Below, in pieces: positions 30,996-41,379 of a DNA stretch of 64,000 bases. Numbering within the stretch: position 1 is the first letter of the stretch; each line of letters starts with the position of its first letter. Source of the stretch: Spirochaetota bacterium (GTDB lineage: Bacteria; Spirochaetota; UBA4802; UBA5550). The position numbers and the translations under genes are program-made. The stretch covers positions 4,096,001 through 4,160,000 of the forward strand of contig CAXXHB010000003.1 of NCBI GenBank assembly GCA_963664815.2, in the 5' to 3' direction. The notes under the pieces were generated by a model. It was not told the DNA's origin and did no database searches. It saw only the letters and a program-made list of their open reading frames with translations.

Positions 30996-32306
30996 ATGAA
31001 AAAATTTATTTTTTCCGGAATGATATTTGTTGCATACTCAAATCTTTTTGCAGCAGATGCAGCACCTGCACCGGCAATAAACACAGGAGACACGGCATGG
31101 GTGCTCATGGCAACTGCTCTTGTAATGTTTATGACAGCTCCTGCTCTTGCCCTTTTCTACGGAGGACTTGTAAAACGCAAAAATGTACTGAATATTCTCA
31201 TGCAGTGTTTTATCACTCTTGCCCTGGTAAGTCTTATATGGGTCATCTATGGTTACAGCCTTGCTTTCAGCACCGGTGAGTTGATCCCCGGAATTATCGG
31301 CAACTTTCGCTGGGCATTTCTGAATGGAGTTGGCTTTACTCCACATCCATCATACGGAACGACAATACCACATCTTACATTTATGCTCTTTCAGGGAATG
31401 TTTGCAGTTATTACTCCCGCATTGATAATTGGAGCCTTCGCTGAAAGAATGAAATTTTCGACATATCTTCTGTTTACAGTATTATGGATTACCTTTGTTT
31501 ATTGCCCTGTCGCACACTGGATGTGGTCCACAGGAGGATGGTTGAATAAACTGGGGGCTGTTGATTTTGCCGGGGGAATAGTGGTACATATAATTGCCGG
31601 CATTTCCGCGCTTGTAACCTCTATTGTTATAGGCAAACGCAAATATTTAAAGCCATCACCACCTCATAATCTTACATTCACCATGATCGGCGCAGCAATG
31701 TTGTGGTTCGGATGGTTTGGTTTTAACGCCGGAAGCGCTCTTGCAGCCAATGGTCTTGCAGCCAACGCGTTCGTAACAACTAATACTGCCGCTGCCGCTG
31801 CAACAATCGTGTGGCTTCTGCTTGACTGGATTCTGGTAAAGAAACCAACAATGCTCGGAAGCGCAACCGGTGCAATAGCCGGGCTTGCAGCCGTGACCCC
31901 CGCATCAGGATTTGTAGATATGAAAGGAGCCTTGATCATAGGTATAGTTTCAAGTATTATATGCTATTTTATGGTCGTTGTTGTTAAAAACAGACTCGGT
32001 TATGATGATGCCCTTGACGCATTTGGCGTTCATGGAATAGGTGGAATATGGGGTTCAATGGCTGTCGGTCTTTTTGCTACCCCCGCAGTTCAGGCAGGAT
32101 ATAAAGGTTTAATTTTTGGGGAAACCCATCTTCTAAGAGTACAATTCACCGCCGTAGCAGTTACTGCATTATATTCCATGCTGGCTACATATATTCTTTA
32201 CAGATTACTGGACTTACTGATGGGCCTCCGGGTTGATGAGTGTGAAGAAGCTGTAGGGCTTGATATAACCGAGCACAATGAACGTGCTTATACAGTAATA
32301 GATTAG
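30996..32306 (+). CDS. amtB: Ammonium transporter
   Basis: GDTAW, FYGGLV, FQGMFA, AERMK, DFAGGIVVH, WFGWFGFNAGS, DDALDAFGVHG. Confidence 0.96.
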   Translation: MKKFIFSGMIFVAYSNLFAADAAPAPAINTGDTAWVLMATALVMFMTAPALALFYGGLVKRKNVLNILMQCFITLALVSLIWVIYGYSLAFSTGELIPGIIGNFRWAFLNGVGFTPHPSYGTTIPHLTFMLFQGMFAVITPALIIGAFAERMKFSTYLLFTVLWITFVYCPVAHWMWSTGGWLNKLGAVDFAGGIVVHIIAGISALVTSIVIGKRKYLKPSPPHNLTFTMIGAAMLWFGWFGFNAGSALAANGLAANAFVTTNTAAAAATIVWLLLDWILVKKPTMLGSATGAIAGLAAVTPASGFVDMKGALIIGIVSSIICYFMVVVVKNRLGYDDALDAFGVHGIGGIWGSMAVGLFATPAVQAGYKGLIFGETHLLRVQFTAVAVTALYSMLATYILYRLLDLLMGLRVDECEEAVGLDITEHNERAYTVID

Positions 32307-32316
32307 GAGTATATAA

Positions 32317-32658
32317 ATGAAAATGATCATTGCCATAATTCAGCCACACCGTCTTGAGGAGGTAAAGGCTGAGCTTTACAGAGCAAAAGTAAATCTTATG
32401 ACCGTAAGCGAGGTGCTGGGACATGGGCGCCAGATGGGAGTGGAAGAGGTATACCGGGGTACAAAGGAAAGCGGTAATCTGATCCGGAAAATCCGTCTTG
32501 AAATAGCTGTAAACGAAGATTTCGTTGAACCTACAATTAAAGCAATAGTAACCGGAGGTAAAACAGGTAAAGTTGGAGATGGAAAAATATTTGTATACGA
32601 TCTTGACGAGTGTGTACGTATCCGAACAGAAGAGCGCGGGCAAAAGGCAATCGGCTGA
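32317..32658 (+). CDS. glnK: P-II nitrogen regulatory protein
   Basis: T-loop EVYRG, TGKVGDGKIF, RIRT; directly downstream of amtB. Confidence 0.92.
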   Translation: MKMIIAIIQPHRLEEVKAELYRAKVNLMTVSEVLGHGRQMGVEEVYRGTKESGNLIRKIRLEIAVNEDFVEPTIKAIVTGGKTGKVGDGKIFVYDLDECVRIRTEERGQKAIG

Positions 32659-32804
32659 TATATGAATTAAAGTGTAGCCATCCTCAATCAGAAAATCCCG
32701 ATCTTCTGATTCCAATATTATAATAAGCGGGCTGGATTAAACACCATCCCGCATTTTTTACTCTATATCACAAAAACAGATCAATTGATAATCTTACCGG
32801 ATTA

Positions 32805-33812
32805 TCACCCTTTTTTTATACCCAGAATCTCTTCCGCTCTCTGACGTACATATACACTGCTGTCGGTTAAAGCGGTTTCAATGCACTTCTTAGCCTTTAC
32901 ACCCCCTATTTTCTCAAGCGTATTCAATGTCTCAATCCGGACGTCATAAAACCTGTCTGATAAGAGTTTCTCCACAACATCAACCGAGGATGGATTCTTA
33001 AAAAGCGCTATCGACTTCAACGCCTGAATCCTTACACCCTTATACTTATCCCTGCATGCCCTGTGCAGCAGCGGTAGTCCTTCCCTGATTCTATCAACAC
33101 CAATTGTGTGTGCTGTCTTTTCACGTACCGGTTCTTTCCCGTTCATATTCTTGACAAGCTGCATGAACGATGCTTCATGAAGTGCCTTTTTAACATAATC
33201 ATCTTCAACCTTTTCAAGATACATTCTTGCTGCAGCATAAACCTCAGGGTGAATATCTGCAAGAAGGCCTACCATGTAATCAATACTTTCTGCTCCGCCT
33301 ATATCGAATAGCGCCTCTGCTGCAAGAAGTCTCTCCTTATGGTGTTTCGCATGCAGCAGCTCGCCAAGATTCGGGACAAGATGACTGCTTTTTATTAATC
33401 CCGCCGATTTTATTGCCTGAAAACGCACCATCTCTTTTTTATCCATCAATCCGATCATTATAACCTGAATTACAGTATCGTTCTCAGAAGCACCCTTCCC
33501 GGCTATAACCCGGAGAAGATCAATTCGCTCCTGGGTCGATCCATTCCTGATAATTTCAAGAATTCCGTCAGATACTGACTTATCCCCCATTCCCGCGAAC
33601 TTCAGCGTAGCTATGGTTTTTACCCACGGATCATGGTCATGAGACATTCCACGCAGTTTATTCAGCTTCTCAACAGGAAGATTCTGCTTTCCGGACAACG
33701 CTACAAAAGCGCCGTAACGGACGGACGATTTTTTACTATCAAGGCATTTCGACAGTTCATCTATATTGTTCTCTTTCTCCAACCTTTTTATATCCGGACC
33801 GAAAATTGTCAT
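32805..33812 (-). CDS. HEAT (PBS lyase-like) repeat protein
   Basis: Repeated L..LL.D....VR..A...L units; start at 33812 follows AAGGAG. Confidence 0.82.
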   Translation of the reverse strand: MTIFGPDIKRLEKENNIDELSKCLDSKKSSVRYGAFVALSGKQNLPVEKLNKLRGMSHDHDPWVKTIATLKFAGMGDKSVSDGILEIIRNGSTQERIDLLRVIAGKGASENDTVIQVIMIGLMDKKEMVRFQAIKSAGLIKSSHLVPNLGELLHAKHHKERLLAAEALFDIGGAESIDYMVGLLADIHPEVYAAARMYLEKVEDDYVKKALHEASFMQLVKNMNGKEPVREKTAHTIGVDRIREGLPLLHRACRDKYKGVRIQALKSIALFKNPSSVDVVEKLLSDRFYDVRIETLNTLEKIGGVKAKKCIETALTDSSVYVRQRAEEILGIKKG

Positions 33813-34102
33813 AAAAATCTCCTTAATGCTGAATTTACAGCCTTTAAAAATCCCGGCTATATAATACAAGATAATATAATTTGTATTATAATGGAGAAAA
33901 ATATTTATTTAATGAATAAAAATTAGAATATAATAACAGTAATCATTTTTTAAAAATCTTTTGCATAAAATAAATCTCCGCCTCAGATATAGTAATAAAA
34001 CGATTTTTACAGATATTAAATTAATCATTTAAAACTTGTTTTTTATTGAATATTACAATAAAATACTGTTAAATTATACATAAAACAGCTGGAGGTCATA
34101 CC

Positions 34103-34435
34103 ATGAAAAACGTTAGACGCGGTCCTGATTTCATGATGAAAATGATAAATCGCATTTCTGTTATTTCCTGGATTGTACTGGCAATTGTAATCAGTATTCT
34201 TATCTTTAATAATCCTGCTTTACGCGGAATGACTCTTGTTAAAATGCCCTCAAGGGAAATATCAACAGGATGGCTTGCTCTTATATATGCAATGTTTATA
34301 TTTTTAATTATTATCAATATTGCCGGAATATTTTTTAATACCCAAAGGCTGAAAAGAAAAACCGACACAATACGGCTGACATTTTTCTTTTCAATCATCT
34401 TTGCGGTGTTAGGCCTGATAATTGGCATAAGATAA
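34103..34435 (+). CDS. Small membrane protein, 3 TM, hypothetical
   Basis: GGAGG RBS; three hydrophobic segments. Confidence 0.7.
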   Translation: MKNVRRGPDFMMKMINRISVISWIVLAIVISILIFNNPALRGMTLVKMPSREISTGWLALIYAMFIFLIIINIAGIFFNTQRLKRKTDTIRLTFFFSIIFAVLGLIIGIR

Positions 34436-34634
34436 CAAATGTTATATTTATTTTCTGATAGCAGGATTTAAACCGGGATCATCTCCATAAATTTTTTTAT
34501 TCTGTACAAATACTGCTCACATGATAAATTTGCCCTGTTGTATAATAAAATATAAAGAGAATGAAATCATATAGCAGCCAAAGACAAAGTACAACCCGGA
34601 TTCGATCAAACTTAAAATTAAGGAATTAAATCAC

Positions 34635-35339
34635 ATGAAAAAGACAATTGTTCCGGTACTCTGCCTGGCTATGCTTCTTTCTTTAACAATCACAGTAGCA
34701 GCAGAAACAAAAGGCTTTAAAAAATACCAGCTTATGCCGAAGGATGACGCTTCTTCAGATAAAGAATTCTCCCTTTTTATTAAAAATTTTAAAAAAGATG
34801 TAAAAAATAAAAATATTGAATCACTTAGAAAATCAATAACTAAAGATATTGTGTATACCTTTGATAATGGTGATGGCATTAAAGGTTTTATAAAATACTG
34901 GAAGCTTGACAGAAATCCTGAAAAGTCAGTATTCTGGGAAGAGATGGAAAAAGTTCTTTCGCTTGGATCATCATTTTATGACGAAAAAAAAACATCTCAT
35001 GCATACCCCTATCTTTTTGTAACATTCCCTGAAGAATACGACTCCTTTGAATTTTCTGCTGTAACAGGTAAAAAAGTTAATGTAAGAAAAGACCCCTCTT
35101 CAGAATCACCAGTTGTGGAAACACTCGATTACGAAATTGTAAAACCGTTATATACAGACCAGGAACCCAGGAAAGAAAAAATTGACGGAATCAATGGGAA
35201 ATGGATTCAGGTGATGACAAGCAGCGGCAAAGAGGGATATATCTTCAGTCAGTACCTCCATTCACCAATAGGCCACAGGGCAATATTTATTAAAGAGGAT
35301 AAAAGCTGGAAACTAAGTGTATTTGTTTCAGGTGACTGA
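34635..35339 (+). CDS. Exported bacterial SH3-domain protein
   Basis: Signal peptide; VNVRKDPS...W.QV....GKEGYI SH3b signature. Confidence 0.8.
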   Translation: MKKTIVPVLCLAMLLSLTITVAAETKGFKKYQLMPKDDASSDKEFSLFIKNFKKDVKNKNIESLRKSITKDIVYTFDNGDGIKGFIKYWKLDRNPEKSVFWEEMEKVLSLGSSFYDEKKTSHAYPYLFVTFPEEYDSFEFSAVTGKKVNVRKDPSSESPVVETLDYEIVKPLYTDQEPRKEKIDGINGKWIQVMTSSGKEGYIFSQYLHSPIGHRAIFIKEDKSWKLSVFVSGD

Positions 35340-35512
35340 CAATATAAAATTTTATTGCAATCAAAATATAATCCAGGACAGATTACCCGGCTTTGCCGGA
35401 AGTCGTATTAAACTTTTCCATGATCCCAACTAAAAAAACCTGAATTAAAGAACACAGTTTACAATCTCCGGATAAACAACTCCTGTCTGACAAGCAATAC
35501 AACAGACTCATT

Positions 35513-35836
35513 TTAAAGATCTGAAGATTCACCAAAAAAATAAGGTTCAGCAAAATACACAGCAAGGTACCAGTTCCCATCCTCCAGGCTCAAACGCAAT
35601 ATCTGCCCGAACAATTTCTGTATTGCTAAATTCGGAACTGAGATGTCGAATGATACTTCACCACCTATTTCCAGTAATGGAGGAAGATGCGGGTTACTCA
35701 CTTTTAAATATGCACCATAACTGGACAGATTTTCTATCTGACAGTTAACTGCCTCATTCCGCATATTTAATAATGCATTACCGAATATTTCAAATCGCTC
35801 TTCTCTTCTCTTTTCACTTTTCTTTTCAGCGTCCAT
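35513..35836 (-). CDS. PilZ-domain (c-di-GMP receptor) protein
   Basis: EKRREERF (RxxxR) and NLSSYG (D/NxSxxG); start at 35836 follows GGGAGG. Confidence 0.82.
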   Translation of the reverse strand: MDAEKKSEKRREERFEIFGNALLNMRNEAVNCQIENLSSYGAYLKVSNPHLPPLLEIGGEVSFDISVPNLAIQKLFGQILRLSLEDGNWYLAVYFAEPYFFGESSDL

Positions 35837-36064
35837 AACCCTCCCGCTTTCAAACAGTTTATTTTCATGATCGGCTTTTAAAATTTGCATAAAAAAACTG
35901 ACATCAGATACAGTATAGCTGAGTTAATGTAACAACCCTGAAATGTTTAAATTATTTTAATAATATTGAATGATCAGAAAAAATCAAAAAAAGATGATCT
36001 GTTTTGAGCAGAATAACATAACTACAGACTCTTTTCTGTAACTGTCAGACTATACTCCCCTGTT

Positions 36065-36559
36065 TTATCTCCCCTTCCAAGGTTTAAATACAGAAATAAA
36101 CAGAGTAAAAATAAGCGTAATGTTCATACATAAACCGATTATAAACTGACTTCTATTAATCATTATATAATGGGAGTTATGTAAAACTGCTATTCCATCT
36201 CTCTTTGCCATATTTGCCATTTCTTCTATCCACGGCCCTGTAAAGATAGTTCCAGTAATAATTATTGCAACTGTCACTACCCATTTGAACAGAAGCCATC
36301 GATGTTTGAAGAAACCCCATTTCGTATAAACAGAATAGAGTAATCCAGTCAGCAAAGTGAAAATTGCTGCAGGGACGAGTATCTTCATATCAATAAAATC
36401 TGTAAGATAATTAAGCATATAAAGCTGATCCCCGCTATTAATTTCTGAAGCAATATGCGAAAAAGAGAGCATAACAATTCCACATGTGAGCCATATCGAA
36501 ACAGAGAGAAGATGAAAGCCTTTTAACCACCTCTGTTGTTTTACAGTAAACTGTTTCAT
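36065..36559 (-). CDS. 4-TM membrane protein (DUF2269-like)
   Basis: KGFHLL, LLTGL, WGFFKHRWLLFKW and C-terminal SVFKPW motifs. Confidence 0.72.
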   Translation of the reverse strand: MKQFTVKQQRWLKGFHLLSVSIWLTCGIVMLSFSHIASEINSGDQLYMLNYLTDFIDMKILVPAAIFTLLTGLLYSVYTKWGFFKHRWLLFKWVVTVAIIITGTIFTGPWIEEMANMAKRDGIAVLHNSHYIMINRSQFIIGLCMNITLIFTLFISVFKPWKGR

Positions 36560-36713
36560 TTTTAAATATCCTTAATAAAACGAAATAAAAAATACACCGT
36601 CATATTCTGCCCGAATAATATCTATTCATAATATCAGATTTTCAAACAAAAAATATAAAAATTTAAAACTACATCAATATGTTTCAGTGATAATTCCTTA
36701 AATATATTAGTAT

Positions 36714-36768
36714 AAAATGCTCTATCTCTCTCCGCCGCCCAAGGCGGCGGAGAGAGATAGAGCATTTT
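36714..36768. repeat. Perfect 26-bp inverted repeat with a 3-nt loop
   Basis: AAAATGCTCTATCTCTCTCCGCCGCC-CAA-GGCGGCGGAGAGAGATAGAGCATTTT. Confidence 0.95.
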
Positions 36769-36874
36769 CTGTTATAAAAAAATTTTTAAGGAATTATTAT
36801 AAAAAATGTTTTTTATGCAGAATTATATTACATTGGTAAATATGGCAGATGACATAATCCAAAAGGGGGAATGT

Positions 36875-37249
36875 ATGAAAACGTACACAAATCATTTGCA
36901 CAGCGCTTCTTCCATCCTCATTATTTTAATGTCCGGATTGATTATTCCAATGGTGTTTATGACAGGTTGCTATATGGATAAAAAAACTTCCCCATCCGCT
37001 GTTGACATGGTTGTAGTCTTTAAAATTGATGTCCCGATTGAAAAAGCTAGCAGCATTTTGTTTGAACAGGAGTATATTTATCACGAGGGCATGGACAACA
37101 GCAGGGATAAAAAGTATTCCGGAGAAACAGGACCAAAATATATAGTAAAAGTTCCGAAAGAGAAAATTACACTTTTTAATCTTGAGATGAAAAAATTTCC
37201 ACAGATTTACGAAGTCTATCAGGCCGACTGGACAAAACGGAAAGACTGA
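36875..37249 (+). CDS. Putative lipoprotein, hypothetical
   Basis: GGGGGA RBS before the ATG at 36875; hydrophobic stretch ending MTGC lipobox. Confidence 0.6.
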   Translation: MKTYTNHLHSASSILIILMSGLIIPMVFMTGCYMDKKTSPSAVDMVVVFKIDVPIEKASSILFEQEYIYHEGMDNSRDKKYSGETGPKYIVKVPKEKITLFNLEMKKFPQIYEVYQADWTKRKD

Positions 37250-37585
37250 TTCTATTCCGAACAGCATCTCTTGCAAAGCTAAGGTAACAGTAAAAAATTA
37301 CTTGTAATTCACATATAACCCATTATATATTACTACTGTATTTCATAGATTATCCATTTAGAAACCCTCTCCACGATGATTCTGGAGGTAACCATAAAAA
37401 ACATCTTGCTCAATTAATATAATAAAAAATCTATAACTGTTTTTTCACGAATTTATTAAATACTCATTATTTACCAAAAAACCAAAGAGAAAATTAAAAT
37501 GTTAAACCTGAATATTTATACAGATTTTTTCAGAAATAATACAATTCATAAATCTGCTATTCTATTTAAAAGAATTTTATCTTAT

Positions 37586-38203
37586 ATGAAAAAAATGAGA
37601 ACGTCAGCCATTTTTTTCAGTCTAACTGACAGAGGTGGAGAGAGAAAAAATTCCGCTAAAGAAGATGCCGATTTGATAAATGGGTTTTTAAAAGGCAATG
37701 AGAGGGATTTTGATACTCTTGTAGTAAGGTACAGAGATATGGTTTTTAATCTATGTTTGAATATTATGGGTGACTATGACGAAGCTGTTGACTGCAGTCA
37801 GGAGGCTTTCATTAAAATGTATAAAAACCTTCACAGGTTTGAGTTCAGATCCTCCCTGTCGACATGGCTCTATACCATATCCGTTAATACATGCAGGAAC
37901 GCCATTTCATCCTCATACAGGAAAAAGAGAATGTCTCTTGAAGGCTTTGAAAATACTCAAAGTACCGGAAATGAAAGTGCGCCTGAATTTATTTTTGAAA
38001 GAAGTGAGGGTGAAATTGAAGTCAGGAAGGCAATCACAAGGCTTCCCGAAGAGGAACGTATACTTATTGTAATGAGAGACCTCGAGGAGATGAGTTACGA
38101 AGAGATTACTGAAATAACCGGCGTTAAAGCCGGAACAGTGAAATCAAGAATTTCGCGCGGAAGGCACAGGCTCAGGGGCTTCCTGCAGGAGGTTATGTCA
38201 TGA
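37586..38203 (+). CDS. ECF sigma-70 factor (start uncertain)
   Basis: Region 2 DCSQEAF...STWLYTI.VN; region 4 MSYEEI...GTVKSRISRGR. Confidence 0.92.
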   Translation: MKKMRTSAIFFSLTDRGGERKNSAKEDADLINGFLKGNERDFDTLVVRYRDMVFNLCLNIMGDYDEAVDCSQEAFIKMYKNLHRFEFRSSLSTWLYTISVNTCRNAISSSYRKKRMSLEGFENTQSTGNESAPEFIFERSEGEIEVRKAITRLPEEERILIVMRDLEEMSYEEITEITGVKAGTVKSRISRGRHRLRGFLQEVMS

Positions 38204-39192
38204 AATGCCGCGACGCCAAAGAAATGCTGCATTCATACTTCGACAATAAAACCGAACCTATGAATGATAAACTCCTCGCAGAACATATTAATTCATGTTC
38301 ACAATGCAGAGAGGAATACCATTTCCTGATCAAATACCGGGATTTGCTTAAAACAGTGAAACCGGTTTCTCCGCCGGGAAATTTCCTGTCTGAACTTCAC
38401 CGCAGGATTGAACTCGAAAAGAATAATAATCCTTTAAAAAAATTTATTACACATATAAAATCTTTTACTGACACATTTCATTTCCCTGTTGAAGCAGCAG
38501 GTGTACTTGCCATAGCCGCAGTTGTCTTTTTCCTCTACAAACCGTTTTTCACCGGGAAAACAGATGAGAGGGCTGCGGAATACAGAATTGAAACCCGCTC
38601 CGGAGAACTCGTATCAAAGAAAAATAAGAAGAACATCCCCGTAGAACCGCTAAGTTCTGTTAGCTTAAAAAAGATTCCGTCAGAAAAACAAGAATCCATA
38701 CTACTTAACGAAAACATAAAAAAAAGCAAAAAAGATAAAGGCCCCCTCTATGATTCAGATGATAATCTTTCAGTCGCAAGAGAAAAATCATATGACACGA
38801 CAAAGATTAATGAGATAAAAAAATCCCGGGAGCCGGAAAGTGAAAAAGAATTTATGAAAAGCAATGAGGAATCATTACCCTCAAAGAGCGTTGACAGCAA
38901 GAGTTTCGCCGGTAAAAGTTCTGCAGCTGCCAAAAAAGATTCAACACCGGTACAGGAGTCTGGTATCGACAGAATATTCAGGGAACACGAAGTTTTTGTT
39001 ATGAAAAAAGATTTATCCCGCGCAGACAGATTCTACTACCATATCAGAGTATATTCTGATAAACATTCACCCCTTATTAAAAACCTTAAAGAGAGTTTTA
39101 CAGTGGAGGAAAAAGTTTTAAAACAGGATAAGCTTTATTATGAAACTGAGCTGATTCTTAAAGAAAAAATAAAAAATGAGAACTTAAAATAA
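38200..39192 (+). CDS. Zinc-binding transmembrane anti-sigma factor (zf-HC2)
   Basis: C...H-x3-C-x2-C (HINSCSQC), one TM helix, low-complexity periplasmic tail; ATGA overlap with the sigma gene. Confidence 0.85.
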   Translation: MKCRDAKEMLHSYFDNKTEPMNDKLLAEHINSCSQCREEYHFLIKYRDLLKTVKPVSPPGNFLSELHRRIELEKNNNPLKKFITHIKSFTDTFHFPVEAAGVLAIAAVVFFLYKPFFTGKTDERAAEYRIETRSGELVSKKNKKNIPVEPLSSVSLKKIPSEKQESILLNENIKKSKKDKGPLYDSDDNLSVAREKSYDTTKINEIKKSREPESEKEFMKSNEESLPSKSVDSKSFAGKSSAAAKKDSTPVQESGIDRIFREHEVFVMKKDLSRADRFYYHIRVYSDKHSPLIKNLKESFTVEEKVLKQDKLYYETELILKEKIKNENLK

Positions 39193-39232
39193 GGCGGCAG
39201 TGTCAAAGAAATAAAATTACAGGAGGATCTCT

Positions 39233-40354
39233 ATGAAGCGTATATTATTAACATTCTGTATACTAATACCTTTAATATCAGCAATTCCTTCATATGCGGC
39301 TTGGGAAAAGGATGGCAAGGCTAAAATTCAGATAGCGCTGCTTCTTGACACAAGCAGCAGCATGGACGGATTGATTGACCAGGCAAGATCGCAGCTGTGG
39401 AAGGTAATTAATGAACTCGCCGTAGCACAGAAAGACGGGAAAGTTCCCTCGCTTGAAGTTTCTCTTTTTGAATACGGCAAAAGCAGCATCCCTTCGGGCG
39501 AAGGGTACCTGAGGATGGTGACATCGTTTACTCATGACCTTGACAGAATTTCATCAGAGCTCTACGCTCTTACTACCAATGGAGGTGATGAATACTGCGG
39601 CATGGTCATAGACTCGGCAACACGGAATCTTCAGTGGGACAGCAATGACAACAATCTTAAACTGATTTTTATCGCCGGCAATGAACCTTTTGACCAGGGA
39701 GAAATTAATTACAGGGAATCAATTCAAAGAGCAAAGAAAAAAGGAATTATTGTTAATACAATATTCTGCGGTGACAGAGAAACCGGTATAAGTTCGTGGT
39801 GGAAGGCAGGAGCAGATATTTCAGGAGGAAATTACATAAGCATCGACCAGAATATTCAGGTGAGGACCATTAACGCTCCCCAGGATGCAGAGCTGACCAG
39901 ACTTGGTGCTGAACTTAACAATACTTATATTTCCTTCGGCAAGGCAGGAGGCGACAAGAAAAAAGAGCAGGAGAAGCAGGATTATAACGCCATGTCAAAA
40001 TCTGCATCTATCGCTGCAGAAAGATCTATATCAAAAGCATCTGTTCATTACGATAATTCAGAATGGGATATAGTAGATGCAGCGTCAAAAGGAACAGTTG
40101 ATCTTAAAAATATGAAAAAGGATCAGCTCCCCTCCGAAATGAAAAGCATGGATTCAAAGGAACGAGAGGTTTACGTTAAAAATATGGAAAGGAAACGTGA
40201 AACAATAAAAGCCAGAATAAATAAACTGAATGCAGAAAGAAAGGCTTATATAGAAAAAATGGAAAGGGAAAATAAAGAGGAAAGTACTTTAGACTCGGCA
40301 ATTATAAAAACTGTACGGAAACAGGCAGAGGAAAAAAGTTTTAATTTTAAATAA
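39233..40354 (+). CDS. Exported von Willebrand factor A domain protein
   Basis: Signal peptide; MIDAS LLDTSSSM; GGDEYCG; IFIAGNEPF. Confidence 0.85.
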   Translation: MKRILLTFCILIPLISAIPSYAAWEKDGKAKIQIALLLDTSSSMDGLIDQARSQLWKVINELAVAQKDGKVPSLEVSLFEYGKSSIPSGEGYLRMVTSFTHDLDRISSELYALTTNGGDEYCGMVIDSATRNLQWDSNDNNLKLIFIAGNEPFDQGEINYRESIQRAKKKGIIVNTIFCGDRETGISSWWKAGADISGGNYISIDQNIQVRTINAPQDAELTRLGAELNNTYISFGKAGGDKKKEQEKQDYNAMSKSASIAAERSISKASVHYDNSEWDIVDAASKGTVDLKNMKKDQLPSEMKSMDSKEREVYVKNMERKRETIKARINKLNAERKAYIEKMERENKEESTLDSAIIKTVRKQAEEKSFNFK

Positions 40355-40528
40355 AACTCCCAATCCGGTTCTTCCACGCCAACTTTCATTCGAACGCGGG
40401 ATCCATACCCGCATTCGGTTATTAAAACACGATTATCCCTTATGATTAAATGGAGCAGAGTTTAATGTTTTAAATTCTTTAAGTGAATTTTTATTGCATA
40501 ATTACACCAGATGTAATATTTTCCATTC

Positions 40529-41014
40529 ATGAAAAAATACATTACATTTCCTTTATTCATGCTGATCCTTATCCTGTCCTGCACGGGAAAAGATAGAGCT
40601 AACGACCAGAAAGCCCGTCTGAGATATATAAATAAAAAGTACATGTTCACCCTCCAGTTTCCAGAAAGATGGGGCTATTATATGGATTTCGAAAAAAAAG
40701 AGATAATTGACCCGCAGATTGTTATCCCGATTGTTTTTTTTGCACTCCCCACAAAATCACGGGAGTGGCAACCGTTAAATGTGCCGGCAGGATATAGTGA
40801 ACTTTTTTACGTAAGAATATTCACACACGATCAATGGAAATTATTTCAAGAAAAATATAAATCCGGTGAAGATTTTCCGCAAAACGACAGGCTTTTCACA
40901 ACTGGTAAAAACTTTGTGTATATGATCAGATATCCTGTTTCAATACCGGTTGACCTCTACCACTACATGAAAGAGTCCGAATCTGTTACTGCAACTTTTA
41001 AGATTATTAAATAA
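40529..41014 (+). CDS. Putative lipoprotein, hypothetical
   Basis: MKK + hydrophobic stretch + ILSC spirochaetal lipobox. Confidence 0.68.
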   Translation: MKKYITFPLFMLILILSCTGKDRANDQKARLRYINKKYMFTLQFPERWGYYMDFEKKEIIDPQIVIPIVFFALPTKSREWQPLNVPAGYSELFYVRIFTHDQWKLFQEKYKSGEDFPQNDRLFTTGKNFVYMIRYPVSIPVDLYHYMKESESVTATFKIIK

Positions 41015-41379
41015 CTGAACTGTTAACTTATCCGCCATTTACTATAACTTCAGGCTATTATAAAATATTTTTTAAAAAAGAGTTGAATGGACATAATCAT
41101 CTGTCATTATTGCCAGTGTTCTGATTAGACAGTTTGCAGTCAATACTATGGCAATTAATGAGATTGAGTTAATCTTATATTTTGATTTCGCATTACTTTG
41201 ACATTACTCATCACAGACCGCTCAACAAGCGTTAAAAAAGTTTCCCTGCCTGTATAGCGCCTGTAGAAATCAGCGAAGCCGATTGATACAAGATTTTAAT
41301 TCAGTCATGTAATGCTTTCAATAGTAATTGCTTAATTAATTTTTAAAAATAATTCATTTATAATTCAGGAGACATTATT

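Noticed and set aside
34096-34428. Minus-strand 110-aa ORF mirroring 34103-34435
   Set aside because: The plus-strand ORF has the GGAGG RBS and a coherent TM pattern; this one is its shadow
41180-41220. Hammerhead-like core on the minus strand (GTGATGAG...CGAAA)
   Set aside because: The core lacks the conserved C of CUGAUGA, stem II pairs poorly, and no stems I/III were found
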